A DNA stretch of 63,331 nt, the filler included, from Aduncisulcus paluster (Eukaryota): the NCBI GenBank assembly GCA_024181965.1. It is 11 parts of 11 records of this genome, joined end to end, with 100 filler letters (N's around TTAATTAATTAA, not from the genome) between each part and the next. Parts side by side here need not be neighbours in the genome. Positions count along the whole stretch, not along the records: positions 36,477 to 39,298 come from BQXS01000111.1; positions 39,399 to 41,513 come from BQXS01000112.1; positions 41,614 to 49,735 come from BQXS01000113.1; positions 49,836 to 51,467 come from BQXS01000114.1; 7 more parts are not named here. The stretch is one strand, 5' to 3'. Made by a program: the position numbers and the translations under genes. Every line of letters starts with the position of its first letter. Position 1 is the stretch's first letter. The notes below the pieces were generated by a model. It worked only from the letters and a program-made list of their open reading frames with translations, ran no database searches and had not been told where the DNA came from. This document shows, piece by piece, positions 37,997-50,003 of the stretch.

Positions 37997-39298
37997 TTAC
38001 TCATGAGCTTCTTGTGAACTTTCTTCTTTGATTACTTTCTCACTCTGATCTATTTTTGTCCCCTCCTCAGTGCATGCATCCCCAAGGTGGAATGTAAGAG
38101 GATGGTTTGAAGCAACTGTGAACATCAGATCTCCTTTCCTCAGCAATGAAGGTGATTCATGGAGAGTTCTCAATACAGTTTCAATGCTATAGAATGTCCC
38201 AAAGCAGGGAGGGAAGTGCATATTCGAGGGAATAACATAAGCGTGGAAGTGNNNNNNNNNNNNNNNNNNNNAAGAGGATGGTTTGAAGCAACTGTGAACA
38301 TCAGATCTCCTTTCCTCAGCAATGAAGGTGATTCATGGAGAGTTCTCAATACAGTTTCAATGCTATAGAATGTCCCAAAGCAGGGAGGGAAGTGCATATT
38401 CGAGGGAATAACATAAGCGTGGAAGTGCCACACACAGGGTGGATATGGAATAAGGATCTTAACATCTGAGGGAGAAATACCTTCGTTAATACATTGTTTA
38501 TGGACACAGCTCTGCATTTCAAGAAGCAAAGTGGCATGCTTTGGCGTTAGATCTCTCAGGGAATGAGGCTCTGGTATCGAATGATTCTGTGGAGCAACGT
38601 GAGGAGTCGTACTTGACGATGGGAAAGGAGAAGGAGGCTCAGTGATGGGTTGAGGGGAAGAAAGAATCTTTTCACGGAGAAGTTGAGAGTACGATCCGGC
38701 CTCAGCATCCATAGCAGTGAGCAATATGACACTCTGGCTTATGGAATCAGCCACAGACAGAGCGATAGAGCGGCCAGATTGAGTGATAATGGTTGGAGAC
38801 CGTGCTAACATGTGTGTCTCCGAGGAAGTGTGAAGATCAGCGGATCCACGGCTTGAAGTTGAGTCAGAAGATGGATTATTCAGAGGAATGAGGACTCGGG
38901 AGAGAAGATGAGGGTTGAGGATCAGATCACACCACCCAGGAGGGAGTGTGAAGGAAGAACATGCTTTGGCGTGAGGGAGTGTAACTCTTTCATATTCCTC
39001 GCCTGTCTCAGAGATACAAACATACATGGAGAGTTTACGAGTTGGGACAGGGGTATGGAAAGGATTGCAGAAAGACTGGCGCCTGGAAAGACTCGACACG
39101 GATGAGGGAGTCGTTAATTCTGTATCTTCACAGCAACTGGGCTTCTCTTCATCGTATCCCCGTCTGATCTTATCCTCAAGTTTGTCGTGAGTGGAGATGA
39201 CATGTTGTAATTGCTCAGCAGTCACTGGATATACAGAAAACAGGGATCGAAGGAATTGACCGACTGACTTCTCAACATGGGCAGAGAGAACTTCTTCA
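37997..39298 (-). CDS. Scavenger mRNA-decapping enzyme DcpS-like (HIT family), 5'-partial, altered HIT motif
   Basis: ISETGEEYERVTLP and SLRDLTPKHATLL match DcpS (IRETGDDYRNITLP; SLRDLTPEHLPLL). The HIT region reads IPYPPCVWHFHAY. The two ORFs join across gap 38252-38271 (offset 176). Confidence 0.8.
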
Positions 39299-39398
39299 NN
39301 NNNNNNNNNNNNNNNNNNNNNNNNNNNNNNNNNNNNNNNNNNTTAATTAATTAANNNNNNNNNNNNNNNNNNNNNNNNNNNNNNNNNNNNNNNNNNNN

Positions 39399-41513
39399 TA
39401 CAGAGAGTCCGACGTGCACGTGCATTGGTGCGACGACGAGTCACACGTCCCAAAGCAAGACCCATTGCACGCTTGTTGGGTCGCAAGGGACACGGGACAT
39501 TGTTGGTCACATGAGAAGCCATACCACCCGGAAGAACACGAGTCACTGCAGTACACGGCACCACTCGCGTCAACAATGGAGACAACATCGTCCTTGTGCT
39601 CACACACTTGGCAACGGATCGCATTATCAAAGGAAACGGAAGCATCGGACACACACAGGGAATCGTCGGCGGGATCGAGAGATGCACCTTCAGAACACGC
39701 TTTGATGCATTCGTTCGTGTTGATATCCAAGTAATATCCATCCCAACACTCAACTTGGTACTCGCCGTCAGAGCGTTGGCGACAGGTTTTGTGAGAAGAA
39801 AAGGACATGGATCCTTCACAGGGGCATGTTTGATGGTAAGAATAGATGACAGCTTGAGAGAAATACGATGATAATTCATTCCTCGCGTGTTCAATATCAC
39901 AGATGTAGTTATCGCTAATATCGAGGTAGAGCAGAACATCTTCGGGAAACATGGAAGATGTGATGAGAACAGACACATCTGAGATGTTGTTGTTGGAGAG
40001 ATCAAGGTATGTCAGTTTGAATGGCTCAGTTGTAGGATCCTCAGAATGAATTGGAGTATAATCAAGAATATCACCAATGTTATAAATTCCACATCTGCTT
40101 ACAGACAAGTAATTTAGACCAGAAACAATATTTCCATAATAAACATTGGTATAATCTAATGCACGTGCCAAGATCTGAACAACTAACTTATCATACTCGG
40201 CATTCTCATTGATATCTCCACTCAAGTCATACCCATCGATGTTGAGAGATGTCAAACCAATGGACTCGCCATTTGAATCTGTACCTTGGGCATACTCAAG
40301 ACCCTGAAGAGTCGTGATCTCATCAACAGTAGAAACGGATGAGGAAGAACTGGAAACAACTTCAGAGAGCGACAACGAAGAACATGTCAACTTACTACGC
40401 ATCGTGGCAACACTGATGATACCATTCATTTCAGGGTCAGTCTCAGAAAGACAATAATCTTTCAGGTATTGGCGAATATTATCATCATGAACAGTGTAAC
40501 ACTCGCCATCAGAGCCTTCCTTAGCAATGAATGCACATTGTTTCTCTTGTACAATATTATTGTATACTTCATTGACAACAACAGATGGACATAAATCTGG
40601 ATTTGATTCAAAACAACTATATGATTCAGATATATTTCCTGGATCCTCATTAATTGGACAATTATTAGGAAAAGTTATTGTTTCACGGGAAGTCAAATTG
40701 GGATTATGACGAGGAAATACAGTCTTTATGAAGGTCCAAAATTCAGAATCTGTTTCAGAACGACATACTGGAGAGAAGTAAAGATAGTCATTTGACGCAT
40801 AACTGATAACCAATTCATCCATTCCTATTGCTCTGAAGAACACAGATACATCATACAAATAATTGTTGTTAACAACCCAAACAAATTGCAATCTCATAAG
40901 CCTAGTTAACGAATTAAATCCAGATGAACTATCAAGGGAAGGTAAACCATATATTTCAATATAGGTCATTTGATTTAGAGAAGAAATTGGAATAATACTA
41001 TCAAGTGTGGTTCCAGATCCAAATATTTTGACACGATATACATTGATAAGATATTGCAATCCTTCAATATCAAATGAAGAATCAACCAATGGATATTCCC
41101 CGCCATTGATATTGGCCATTTCATAAGGGGAAATATCACAATATGGATCAGTAAGAATATCATAGCCAGCAAGATCACAAACTTCTGTCCTTATATTTTC
41201 ATCTGGAATATACACCTGATATATCTGATTACATTCATCACCAGACCATACAGACCTACAACCACACGTTAAAGATGATGCCCCAACTTCAAGAACACAC
41301 ATCTCAGTATCACTGCATCCATTGCATAAATCAATATCTTCAGACAATGAAATTATGTTACACATAAATGTATTTTTGTCATAATAATACCCATCCCAAC
41401 ACTCCAGAGCCCAATAATCGGGATACACTTCACGACACACACGATGCCCATCAGAAGACACGGACGCAGAACATGGACACGATTGCGAAGAAACGGAAGA
41501 ACTTGCAGATGAA
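39399..41513 (-). CDS. Leucine-rich-repeat / cysteine-rich EGF-like probable surface protein, partial at both ends
   Basis: LRRs (LTYLDLSNNNISDV, LLYLDISDNYICD, LTSLNIDG) alternate with Cys-rich modules (ECWDGYY x2, CSSGWYGFSCDQQCP). Confidence 0.85.
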
Positions 41514-41613
41514 NNNNNNNNNNNNNNNNNNNNNNNNNNNNNNNNNNNNNNNNNNNNTTAATTAATTAANNNNNNNNNNNNNNNNNNNNNNNNNNNNNNN
41601 NNNNNNNNNNNNN

Positions 41614-42740
41614 TTATAACGTCTACTTCAGATTCATTGATTGAGTCCTCCAATGCAATGATGGATTCTCTTGGAATGCCTCCCTTCTCACATAAAGTTG
41701 CTGATCACCATGAAGATCCTGACATTACAAAATTTCGGTCGATTACTCCTGTGTTTGATGCGATAGATCGTAATATGGGATATGCCAAACAATTATTAAA
41801 AGAAACTAAACAATTGAAATTGGGTAAACGTAGATCGTCAGGTGAAAGGGCAACAGTTAGCTCTTCATCACAACCTCCCCCTGTTCTTCCTCCCACTTTC
41901 ACTAAACCTAACCATAGTAAGCCTCCTGTCCCAATTCCTCACAATCCGCCACCAGTTGTTCACAATCCGCCCATAATTGCTCATAATCCGCCTCCAATTG
42001 CCCATAATCCACCTCTACAACCTAAATCAACTGTGAAACCAGCTCCCAAAGTTGTTGATGCTGCTTCGGTTTTCAACAAAATGTCTACTCATTCAACTCC
42101 ATCAATGCCATCAATCCGGTCACAGAGGTCAAGCATTCATTCGGTTAAGTCTCAGAAACTGAAACGTCCGCCTGTTGTCCAATTCACTCCCCAGTCTTTT
42201 GCCACCCCCCATACTTCTCGAGCTGGAATACTTCCGCTTCATACACACCGGACACCCCTAAAAGATTTATTTAAACATGAAGAAGAGCTAATGGATGATA
42301 AAGAATTGAAGGAACAAGATATAATAACGATTCCAAAAACTCCTGGGACAGCAGACCTTCCAGGGCCTCGATCACCGGCCTTTAAGATCAGTGAGGACAG
42401 TGAAACGGATGAAGATGAAGAAATTCGGGCTGAAGATAAAGAAAAAGTTCCTTCATGGGCAAAGAAAGGGAAGGAAGAATTCGATATGATAGAACTTCAT
42501 ACATATAGCAAAAACCTTCGGGAGATCTTCGGACCAATTGATGTTTCGATAAGCTTAAAGGCTTTAAAGAAGGGACAAGGTGGTAAATTTAGGCGGAATC
42601 GAGAGGTTTCTGAATGGAGTTCTGATAGAACTACACGTGAAGAGAGGCAGGAACAGAATTCAGCAATCGAAAAGAAAGCCTTGGAGGCAAAGAAAGAATT
42701 AAAGACATTGGTATATAAGGGAAAATCTAACAAGAAATAA
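41614..42740 (+). CDS. INCENP/Sli15-like protein with a C-terminal IN-box (Aurora-binding), probably 5'-partial
   Basis: SETDEDEE...VPSWAK...LREIFGPI...FRRNREVSEWSSDRTTREE follows the IN-box pattern (acidic patch-PSWA-IFGPI-RxRTSSAxW-DRLT.EE). A Pro-rich disordered region with TP sites precedes it. Confidence 0.7.
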
Positions 42741-42808
42741 GTTTAAATAGATTATTTTATATAAAAAAGTTTGATGTTGCCAAAATAAATTATACTATAT
42801 CATGAGAC

Positions 42809-43549
42809 TTATCCGCGGTATGTAGGAATCTTTCTCTTGATCTCTGATTTAACGCTGGTTCCCCCACATGCGACAATAACATCGAGAGCAGCATGACAAG
42901 CTTTCCTCACCTGTGGAGTTTTGCTGATGGCATGAGGACGCATACCAGGTAATATGGCCTTTACCAACTCGGTGTCAATCCCAATTTTAGTATTGCCCTG
43001 ACCAGTTAAGGGAAGGAACTTCAGTCCACCTCCAGAAACAGCACTGCTACTCCTAGAAAGAGCTTCACAGAACTGGGCAACGCCATTCAACGCATTAATG
43101 GCTGCAGTCATTGATTGAGGGGAATGGGAAGCAATATTAACCTCATTCAGAACAATTCTGAGAGCTCTTGCGATCTTCATACTAAACTCATCTGTTAATT
43201 TCGCTCTAACTCCCTCATTTTCCATCAAATCCTTCCAGGCAAGTGGAGCAACAACAATATAAGGATGAACACAACTGCTTAATCCCTGAGCAACAAGCAT
43301 AATCTGATCATTACGAAGGGTATGCAATTCTTGCCTCCATGAGACAGCATGCTTCACAGCACCATGATCAAGGACGACAGGAATTCCTCCTTCATCATAA
43401 GCAACTTGAAATGGTGTTCTAGCACCTTTTTTATCCATAGAAAAGGCTGGAACAAACTTATCGAATCTCTTGGCTGTAAATTCATGCCTCCCAACTGTTT
43501 TATGGTATTTTGGGGATTTTCTATCGACATCATATTGTCTTGAATGCAT
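42809..43549 (-). CDS. PACRGL: PACRG-like protein
   Basis: FQVAYDEGGIPVVLDHGAVKHAVSW, AQGL...HPY and the C-terminal GG....IKRKIPTY match PACRGL. Likely start MHSRQ at 43549. Confidence 0.8.
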   Translation of the reverse strand: MHSRQYDVDRKSPKYHKTVGRHEFTAKRFDKFVPAFSMDKKGARTPFQVAYDEGGIPVVLDHGAVKHAVSWRQELHTLRNDQIMLVAQGLSSCVHPYIVVAPLAWKDLMENEGVRAKLTDEFSMKIARALRIVLNEVNIASHSPQSMTAAINALNGVAQFCEALSRSSSAVSGGGLKFLPLTGQGNTKIGIDTELVKAILPGMRPHAISKTPQVRKACHAALDVIVACGGTSVKSEIKRKIPTYRG

Positions 43550-43738
43550 ATTTATGTTTATAATATTTAAGCTAACACAAAAACCTGAGTATTTGTTTTT
43601 TAGGTTCGAAATCAGTTGGTTTGAGGGGGATAATAATGACAATACCAACGAAAAAAAAATTATTGAATCTTATTTTAATAATTTTTTACTCCATATATTT
43701 ACTTTTCTTTAACACACAAACATAGACATAATTACCGA

Positions 43739-45040
43739 TTATAGAGATATATCACCGAAAATATCATCGATGTTATCATATTTCCTACCTTTTCTACTAC
43801 TTCTGGCTCTCTTTTTCTCAGTGGAATGAAATTGTCCAAGAGAAGAACCTCTACCAGCTTTCCGAGATCCTTCAGCGCTTCCAGCTTTTCCTCTACTCCC
43901 ACCGTCATGTTTCCTGAAATCGTGAGAGTTTTTACGAGCACGTTGGAGGGCTCTTTGTGCTGCTTCCATGCTATCTGTATGAGGTTTTCCTCCAATCGAA
44001 CTGTGCCGAGAATGTCCTTTTTCTTCTTTCCGAGCACTTCCATGAGATCCTCCAAATGACCCAACACCACCACCGATTCCACCGCCGATGACACCACCAT
44101 GGAGAGAGGAGGAAGATCCACTTGTCATTATTGTGGGTGGTAAGATGGGAGTAATGCCAGGATGGGGCTTTCCAGCTGCAGCGACAGCAAAGAATGGATG
44201 TGCCAGGGCTTGTGCTGCTGTTGGACGCTTGGCTGGGTCATATAAAAGCATATCTTCCATAAGAGAGATAGCGTCAGGGGAGGCATTCTGAATAATTTTA
44301 GAAAGAGCAACAGGAATACATGTTGGGAACTTAAATCCAAGTCTCTGGGCCAATCTAATCCCCTCTGGCCAATTTTTAGAGGTTGGAGATCCGAGAACGG
44401 AGCAAACTTTTAAAATTTGGTCAACTTCGCTCGAACCTGGGAATAAAGGACGCAAAAGATATAATTCGGCCATAATAGCACCCATCGCCCAGATATCGAT
44501 TGGGGAATTATACGTCGTTGACCGAAGAAGAACTTCGGGAGCTCTATACCATCTTGTTGAAATATACTCTGTGAAAGGTGGACGGGACCGAATCTCTCTG
44601 GCCAATCCGAAATCAGCTAATTTGACAATATCTCCAGACAACAACAAATTTTCAGGTTTGATGTCTCTATGGAAAAATCCATGTTTATGGCAATATGCTA
44701 ATCCTTGTAAACATTGAAACATAATATTACGTATTTTTGACTCCGGAAAAAACTTCTCGCGCTTTTGCATAACTTGATACAAGTTTCCACTAGGTATCAA
44801 TTCAAATATTAAAAATAGCTCGTCATTCTGACGTACAACTTCATATAACTTGACGACATTTACATGATTCAATTTCATTAATGATTTAACTTCTCTAAGG
44901 CTAACGCATTCCTCCCACCTATAATATTTTTGCTTCATTTTTTTAATAGCAACAATATCTTGTGTTTCTGTGTTAATAGCCTCAACGACGGATCCAAAAG
45001 TTCCATCTCCAAGCTTTTTCTTAAACTTAAATCTCTTCAT
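43739..45040 (-). CDS. MAK/ICK (RCK family, CMGC) Ser/Thr kinase
   Basis: [67 protein letters not shown]. Confidence 0.95.
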   Translation of the reverse strand: MKRFKFKKKLGDGTFGSVVEAINTETQDIVAIKKMKQKYYRWEECVSLREVKSLMKLNHVNVVKLYEVVRQNDELFLIFELIPSGNLYQVMQKREKFFPESKIRNIMFQCLQGLAYCHKHGFFHRDIKPENLLLSGDIVKLADFGLAREIRSRPPFTEYISTRWYRAPEVLLRSTTYNSPIDIWAMGAIMAELYLLRPLFPGSSEVDQILKVCSVLGSPTSKNWPEGIRLAQRLGFKFPTCIPVALSKIIQNASPDAISLMEDMLLYDPAKRPTAAQALAHPFFAVAAAGKPHPGITPILPPTIMTSGSSSSLHGGVIGGGIGGGVGSFGGSHGSARKEEKGHSRHSSIGGKPHTDSMEAAQRALQRARKNSHDFRKHDGGSRGKAGSAEGSRKAGRGSSLGQFHSTEKKRARSSRKGRKYDNIDDIFGDISL

Positions 45041-45422
45041 TATAGGCAGGTTGGGTCAAAATTGTGCAAATTTTTGCAATTTTGTTTGTATGCATTTAAA
45101 TCATAGTAAATTTGAAGAAATAAGCAAAATTAATCAATATTATTTTTTTCTTATCCTGTAATATAATGAACTTTTGTTATTTTGATGGATTGAGTGGTCT
45201 GCGATGGTCTGAAAAAAACCTGATCTATCACAGATTGTTCGAGCCGATTCATCAAAAAAAAATTCATCCAATATGATGAAAATTTACTTTCGATTTAAAA
45301 TATAGGCTTTGAATAACCTCTTCATGGATGCATTGATCCAGAGAATCTCCACTCCGATCTGAAAAATGAGGGAAAATTATCCAATAATATGCAAAAAAAA
45401 ATAAATGAATATTTTTTGCTTC

Positions 45423-46058
45423 TTATATGACATCAATTATATGCCCACAGAAAGAGCATGTCCAAGAAAATACTTGAACCTTCGAAATGACATGATCAAT
45501 TTCCCTTGTTGTGCAATTTGTGATTTTTGCATGGGTACATTGCGGAGATGACTTTGTGTGAGCCTGAAAACAACGTTTTATAGCGTTTGGAATATCAGTT
45601 GGCGTTCCATAGACTTGACTAGATACTCGGCATTGACAATGATAGTTATCACAACAGATGATATGTTCCTCTTTAGGATGGACAATTAGAGTTCCTGATT
45701 CACAAACTGGACATAAATCTTTTATATCAATTTCTGAAATAAACACATCTTCAAGTAGAAGAAGCAATTCTTCTTGAGATTTACGTTCAGACTCATCAAG
45801 CAAAATAGCTTCTTCAATATCTTTGGTTTCTTCATCTTTCGGAAGCTATAAATTGAGGAAAAAGGGAGGATAAAATGTATGGATTAGAAAGTTGATAAAA
45901 AAAAATCATTAGAAATCGAAACGACATACCCATGACTTCCTTTGACATTTTAATTTCAATTTTCTTTTATCCGATAGAGTATATTTATGTTCTTTTTTCT
46001 TTTTTTCCTTCAGTTCAGAGGTTGATTGGGAAGATATCGGTGAAGGTGTCTTTTTCAT
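45423..46058 (-). CDS. RPA-interacting protein (RPAIN/RIP)-like zinc-binding protein, 183 aa; exons 46058-45930 and 45845-45423
   Basis: C-terminus LCPVC...C..C...H....C.H...CSFCGH..VI matches the RPAIN pattern. An 84-nt GTATGT...TAG intron (45846-45929) joins the exons in frame. Confidence 0.7.
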
Positions 46059-46195
46059 AAAGATATTGCCTTTTTAGAGTATATACTGATAGAAGAATTA
46101 ATAAAATTCAAAATTTGTTGATAAATGAAATAATATTTAAATGGAAGCAACCAAAATATCGAAGGTGAAGTTATATTTTGATATGGTTGATTGAA

Positions 46196-46669
46196 CTACT
46201 TTCTATTGATTGTTGAATGTTTTTTAACAAGTTTTTGGCGCAATGAGTGAAAATTTTCACCGGATAAATCAGAAACTGGACGTTTAAACGATGAGTCTTC
46301 AGACTCAACCAAAAATGTTCCAATGACCGAAAAATCATATTTCTTTGGTTTTATGTGTTTTGAAATTGAAGATTTCGATAAAGATGAACTGCAAGTATGG
46401 GCACCCAACTCATCAACAGAAAATGAGCTATCTTTTATGTCTTGATGGAATAGTAATGCACTATTATATTTTTTTGTTGTATAATCAATAAATTTTACCT
46501 TTTCATGCCTACTAGCATAGGAGAATTCCATATAATCCATTTCCTCTCGTGGGGCGCTAGAAAATAATTCAATCGATACAGGAATGGAGAAAATGGGTAT
46601 TTCAATAGGTTTTAATTGGGAAAACGGAGTTCTATACATTTTTATGAAACCAAATGCCACTCTTGTCAT
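46196..46669 (-). CDS. Hypothetical protein
   Basis: About 157-aa ORF between two same-strand genes, no recognisable motif. Confidence 0.4.
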   Translation of the reverse strand: MTRVAFGFIKMYRTPFSQLKPIEIPIFSIPVSIELFSSAPREEMDYMEFSYASRHEKVKFIDYTTKKYNSALLFHQDIKDSSFSVDELGAHTCSSSLSKSSISKHIKPKKYDFSVIGTFLVESEDSSFKRPVSDLSGENFHSLRQKLVKKHSTINRK

Positions 46670-46753
46670 CAATCATTTACCATCATTATCCATTAATTAT
46701 AAACCCATTGTAATAAGCGATATATTTTACTATAATAAGTTGTATTTTAGAAA

Positions 46754-49735
46754 TTAGTCATTTTTACGTATATATGGACTAATTTCGGAGCACATGACAA
46801 CATTGTTTCCAACGGCCTCATAAACAAATACATCGAAGCTTGCTGGAACAAGATCCACATAGAGAGGCATTCTCTTCAGCAAGGGATCCTTACACATATG
46901 CTGTTCATGTGCCAATCGTAGTAAAATTGCTTCCTGTTTGTCTGTGGCATCAAGACCTTCATCCGTCACGGAACGTGTCTTGGAAAGGTCTGAATCTGTG
47001 TGCTCAGATTGCGCCACAGTGTCAAGAAGCTCAGGATCTATCAGCCTTGAAATGTTGACTATGGCTCGAGACAAGAGAGTGGCTACTCGTTTCACAGAGA
47101 AGAAAGGATATGCCTCCAAACCAAGAATGGTGACAAGTTGTCCCTCGAATTTGGTGTCATCCTTGGTAGCACTCTTGAGAAGTGTTGTAAACTCAGAGAG
47201 GGGCATGCGGGGCTCCTTGAGATGCTTCTTTGTGAGGAGATCTCGATGAGGAGGTAAAAGGGAATCGGAGACGACATGACCTTCTTCAGTCTCGCTTGGA
47301 GTGGCGGTCAGTATAGACGCCACGTCAGATTGGGTCCTCAGGTGGTTTGTGAACTCAATCTCACGCTCTTTCTCCTTCTTCTCAACAGCCGCGAGCTGGG
47401 CTTGGACACGGGGTTCATTGAAAGACGTGGGAATCAAGTTATAGCCCAATGTCTTATTCTCTTCTTTAGTGAGAGATTTTCTAGTTGTCGCAAATACACC
47501 ATCTTTTTCATTTAATATTATGAGATTCTTTCCAGTTTTGGGATCAAAGGCATGTCTGCACCGTGATACATCAGAACAAATATCTTTGTAACGTTCTTGG
47601 AATCCATGAGGACATCCGGGTGCAACGAGACTTGTCTTGAATCCACTATTAATCGTCCTTGGAAGGTAGACTTCTCTTTCCCTTGTGTGTAAGATGAGGT
47701 AAGCATCTCTGAGACGTGAGTATAATATATAAACAAGGCGGATGAGAGTATGTGTCTTGGATCCACATAGTAGAATGAAGGGGGAAACATGGGTATATTT
47801 ATACATCTCTGCGCGTGAGGACAGGGAGTTCCCAAGCCCATTGGAGGCTGCAGAAATTATGGCAGAAGCTTCCCTCCATTCACTGACACTAATAATACGA
47901 TCAAAACGTCTGAACAAGGGCTCAATAATATTGTCCCACAAAAAAGAGGCAAGTTCACTATGGGAGGAAGGGGCAAAAGAGAAATACAAATCCTTCAAAA
48001 CGTGAAGGATTTCTTCATTTCCTACACAAAAAGCATAATGGTGTGTTCTGAAAAGTCTTCCCTTTTCAACAGCAGGGCAGAAGAAGGAATGAATGGCGGA
48101 TATTGCTGGTAGTTGGGAGGCAGAAAGACCAGTTGTGAGGTCCCCAGCAATGATATGTGAGTCAGCGGGCAAGGTATGGGACGGCATAGACTCGTGGGCT
48201 TTCTTCTTGTCTGCCGTAGCACTGTGATCTGCACTCGAAGGTGGAGCTGGTTGCTCTCCTTCTTCTTCTTTCTTCGAGGCATGGGAAGAACTAAAGCTGG
48301 AGCTTGAAGGATGGGGAGGAAGGGGCAAAAGAGAAATACAAATCCTTCAAAACGTGAAGGATTTCTTCATTTCCTACACAAAAAGCATAATGGTGTGTTC
48401 TGAAAAGTCTTCCCTTTTCAACAGCAGGGCAGAAGAAGGAATGAATGGCGGATATTGCTGGTAGTTGGGAGGCAGAAAGACCAGTTGTGAGGTCCCCAGC
48501 AATGATATGTGAGTCAGCGGGCAAGGTATGGGACGGCATAGACTCGTGGGCTTTCTTCTTGTCTGCCGTAGCACTGTGATCTGCACTCGAAGGTGGAGCT
48601 GGTTGCTCTCCTTCTTCTTCTTTCTTCGAGGCATGGGAAGAACTAAAGCTGGAGCTTGAAGGATGGGGAGGAAGAGGAGCACCTTCCATGGAAATTCCAC
48701 CGCCTTGGATAGTAGTAGTTGTATGGTTGGCTCCGATTTGTTCAGCAGCAGAAGTAGCACTAGTCACAGAAGAGGAAGATGATGAAGAAGAAGATGAAGG
48801 GGTGGAAGAAGGAAGCCCCATTTGTTGTTCAAGGTGTTTTTGATGGAGTAAATGGCCAGGTAGTGGAGTTGTATCATTTCCGATATCCACCGAAGTGATC
48901 TCGCTCTCACTCTCATCCCTTGCTTTTGCACTGGTCTTCTTCTCTCTCATATCGGATATACTCGAATCGAATGTTCTTCTCTTCCCAGCACCGACAGGGA
49001 GGGGAGGCAAAGAAGACGCCATGTGAGGCATCGTACTAGACCCTGTCTGAGGGATGAGAGAAGAGGGAATATGGGCAGAAGAAGACTCTTCGTGACCACC
49101 TAGGTGATCGATATCTCCTTTTGACGAGAGATGAGAATCGTGCAAGGAAGAGAGATACTGCGAATGAGTGATGGAAAGGGCTGGAATCTCACCATTCATA
49201 ACCATATTCTTGAGTTTCTTCGACTTCTCCGAGAGTTCCTCCAGATTGGCTCGATGTTCTCTTAGTTGGGCGGCAGGATCCATCAGATCATACTTTCGGT
49301 GGGACGTTTGACTTCTTCCACGGCGTCTTCCTCTTCCATATCTTCTCTTGGGACCACCATCGTGTCCAAGCTTATCGACACGACGCTTCTCCCGTTTGCA
49401 GACATCCTTTTGGAGAATGGCATTCGTTGGAATTGACTGGAGGTCAAATGTATATCCGTGACGCTCAAGATGCTCTAACAATCCATACACTCTTCCCAAT
49501 ATGCCGTACAAGTTATTTACACCGGCGCAGACACTCAAGCATCCGAATAACGCCCGTTTAAGCGCCAACTCAACTGTTTTCCTGTCGTGGGGAGCTGTGA
49601 GGGTATGATTGAGTGCCACAGCTGGCGGTGTGTCCTTCCAATTGATTCCACGCCACCTACAGACCTCTTCTCCATTGCTCTCGAGCCTAAGTGGGTCACC
49701 AGCAGGAACGTGAAGGAGCAAAGACGGCCTTCCAT
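46754..49735 (-). CDS. Sin3-like corepressor C-terminal region, 5'-partial; frameshifted by a 352-bp tandem duplication
   Basis: LIRLVYILYSRL and FEGQLVTILGLEAYPFFSVKRVATLLSRAIVNI resemble the Sin3 C-terminal domain ([45 protein letters not shown]). The two ORFs merge if one duplicate copy is removed. Confidence 0.6.
47962..48674. repeat. Identical tandem duplication, 352-bp period
   Basis: The same sequence starts at 47962 and 48314, with GGGAGGAAG microhomology at the junction. Confidence 0.9.
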
Positions 49736-50003
49736 NNNNNNNNNNNNNNNNNNNNNNNNNNNNNNNNNNNNNNNNNNNNTTAATTAATTAANNNNNNNNN
49801 NNNNNNNNNNNNNNNNNNNNNNNNNNNNNNNNNNNTATTGGAATGGGATTACATATGATACTATCAAGTTGATAATTAACACTCAATACCATGAAAATAA
49901 ACCTGTCCTGGTCACAAAACTTGGAGAACTTCTCATTGAGAAGACTGACACGCAAGGAATAAAAGCACCATGTCATTTTGCAGGCAATATCATTATCCTT
50001 GGA

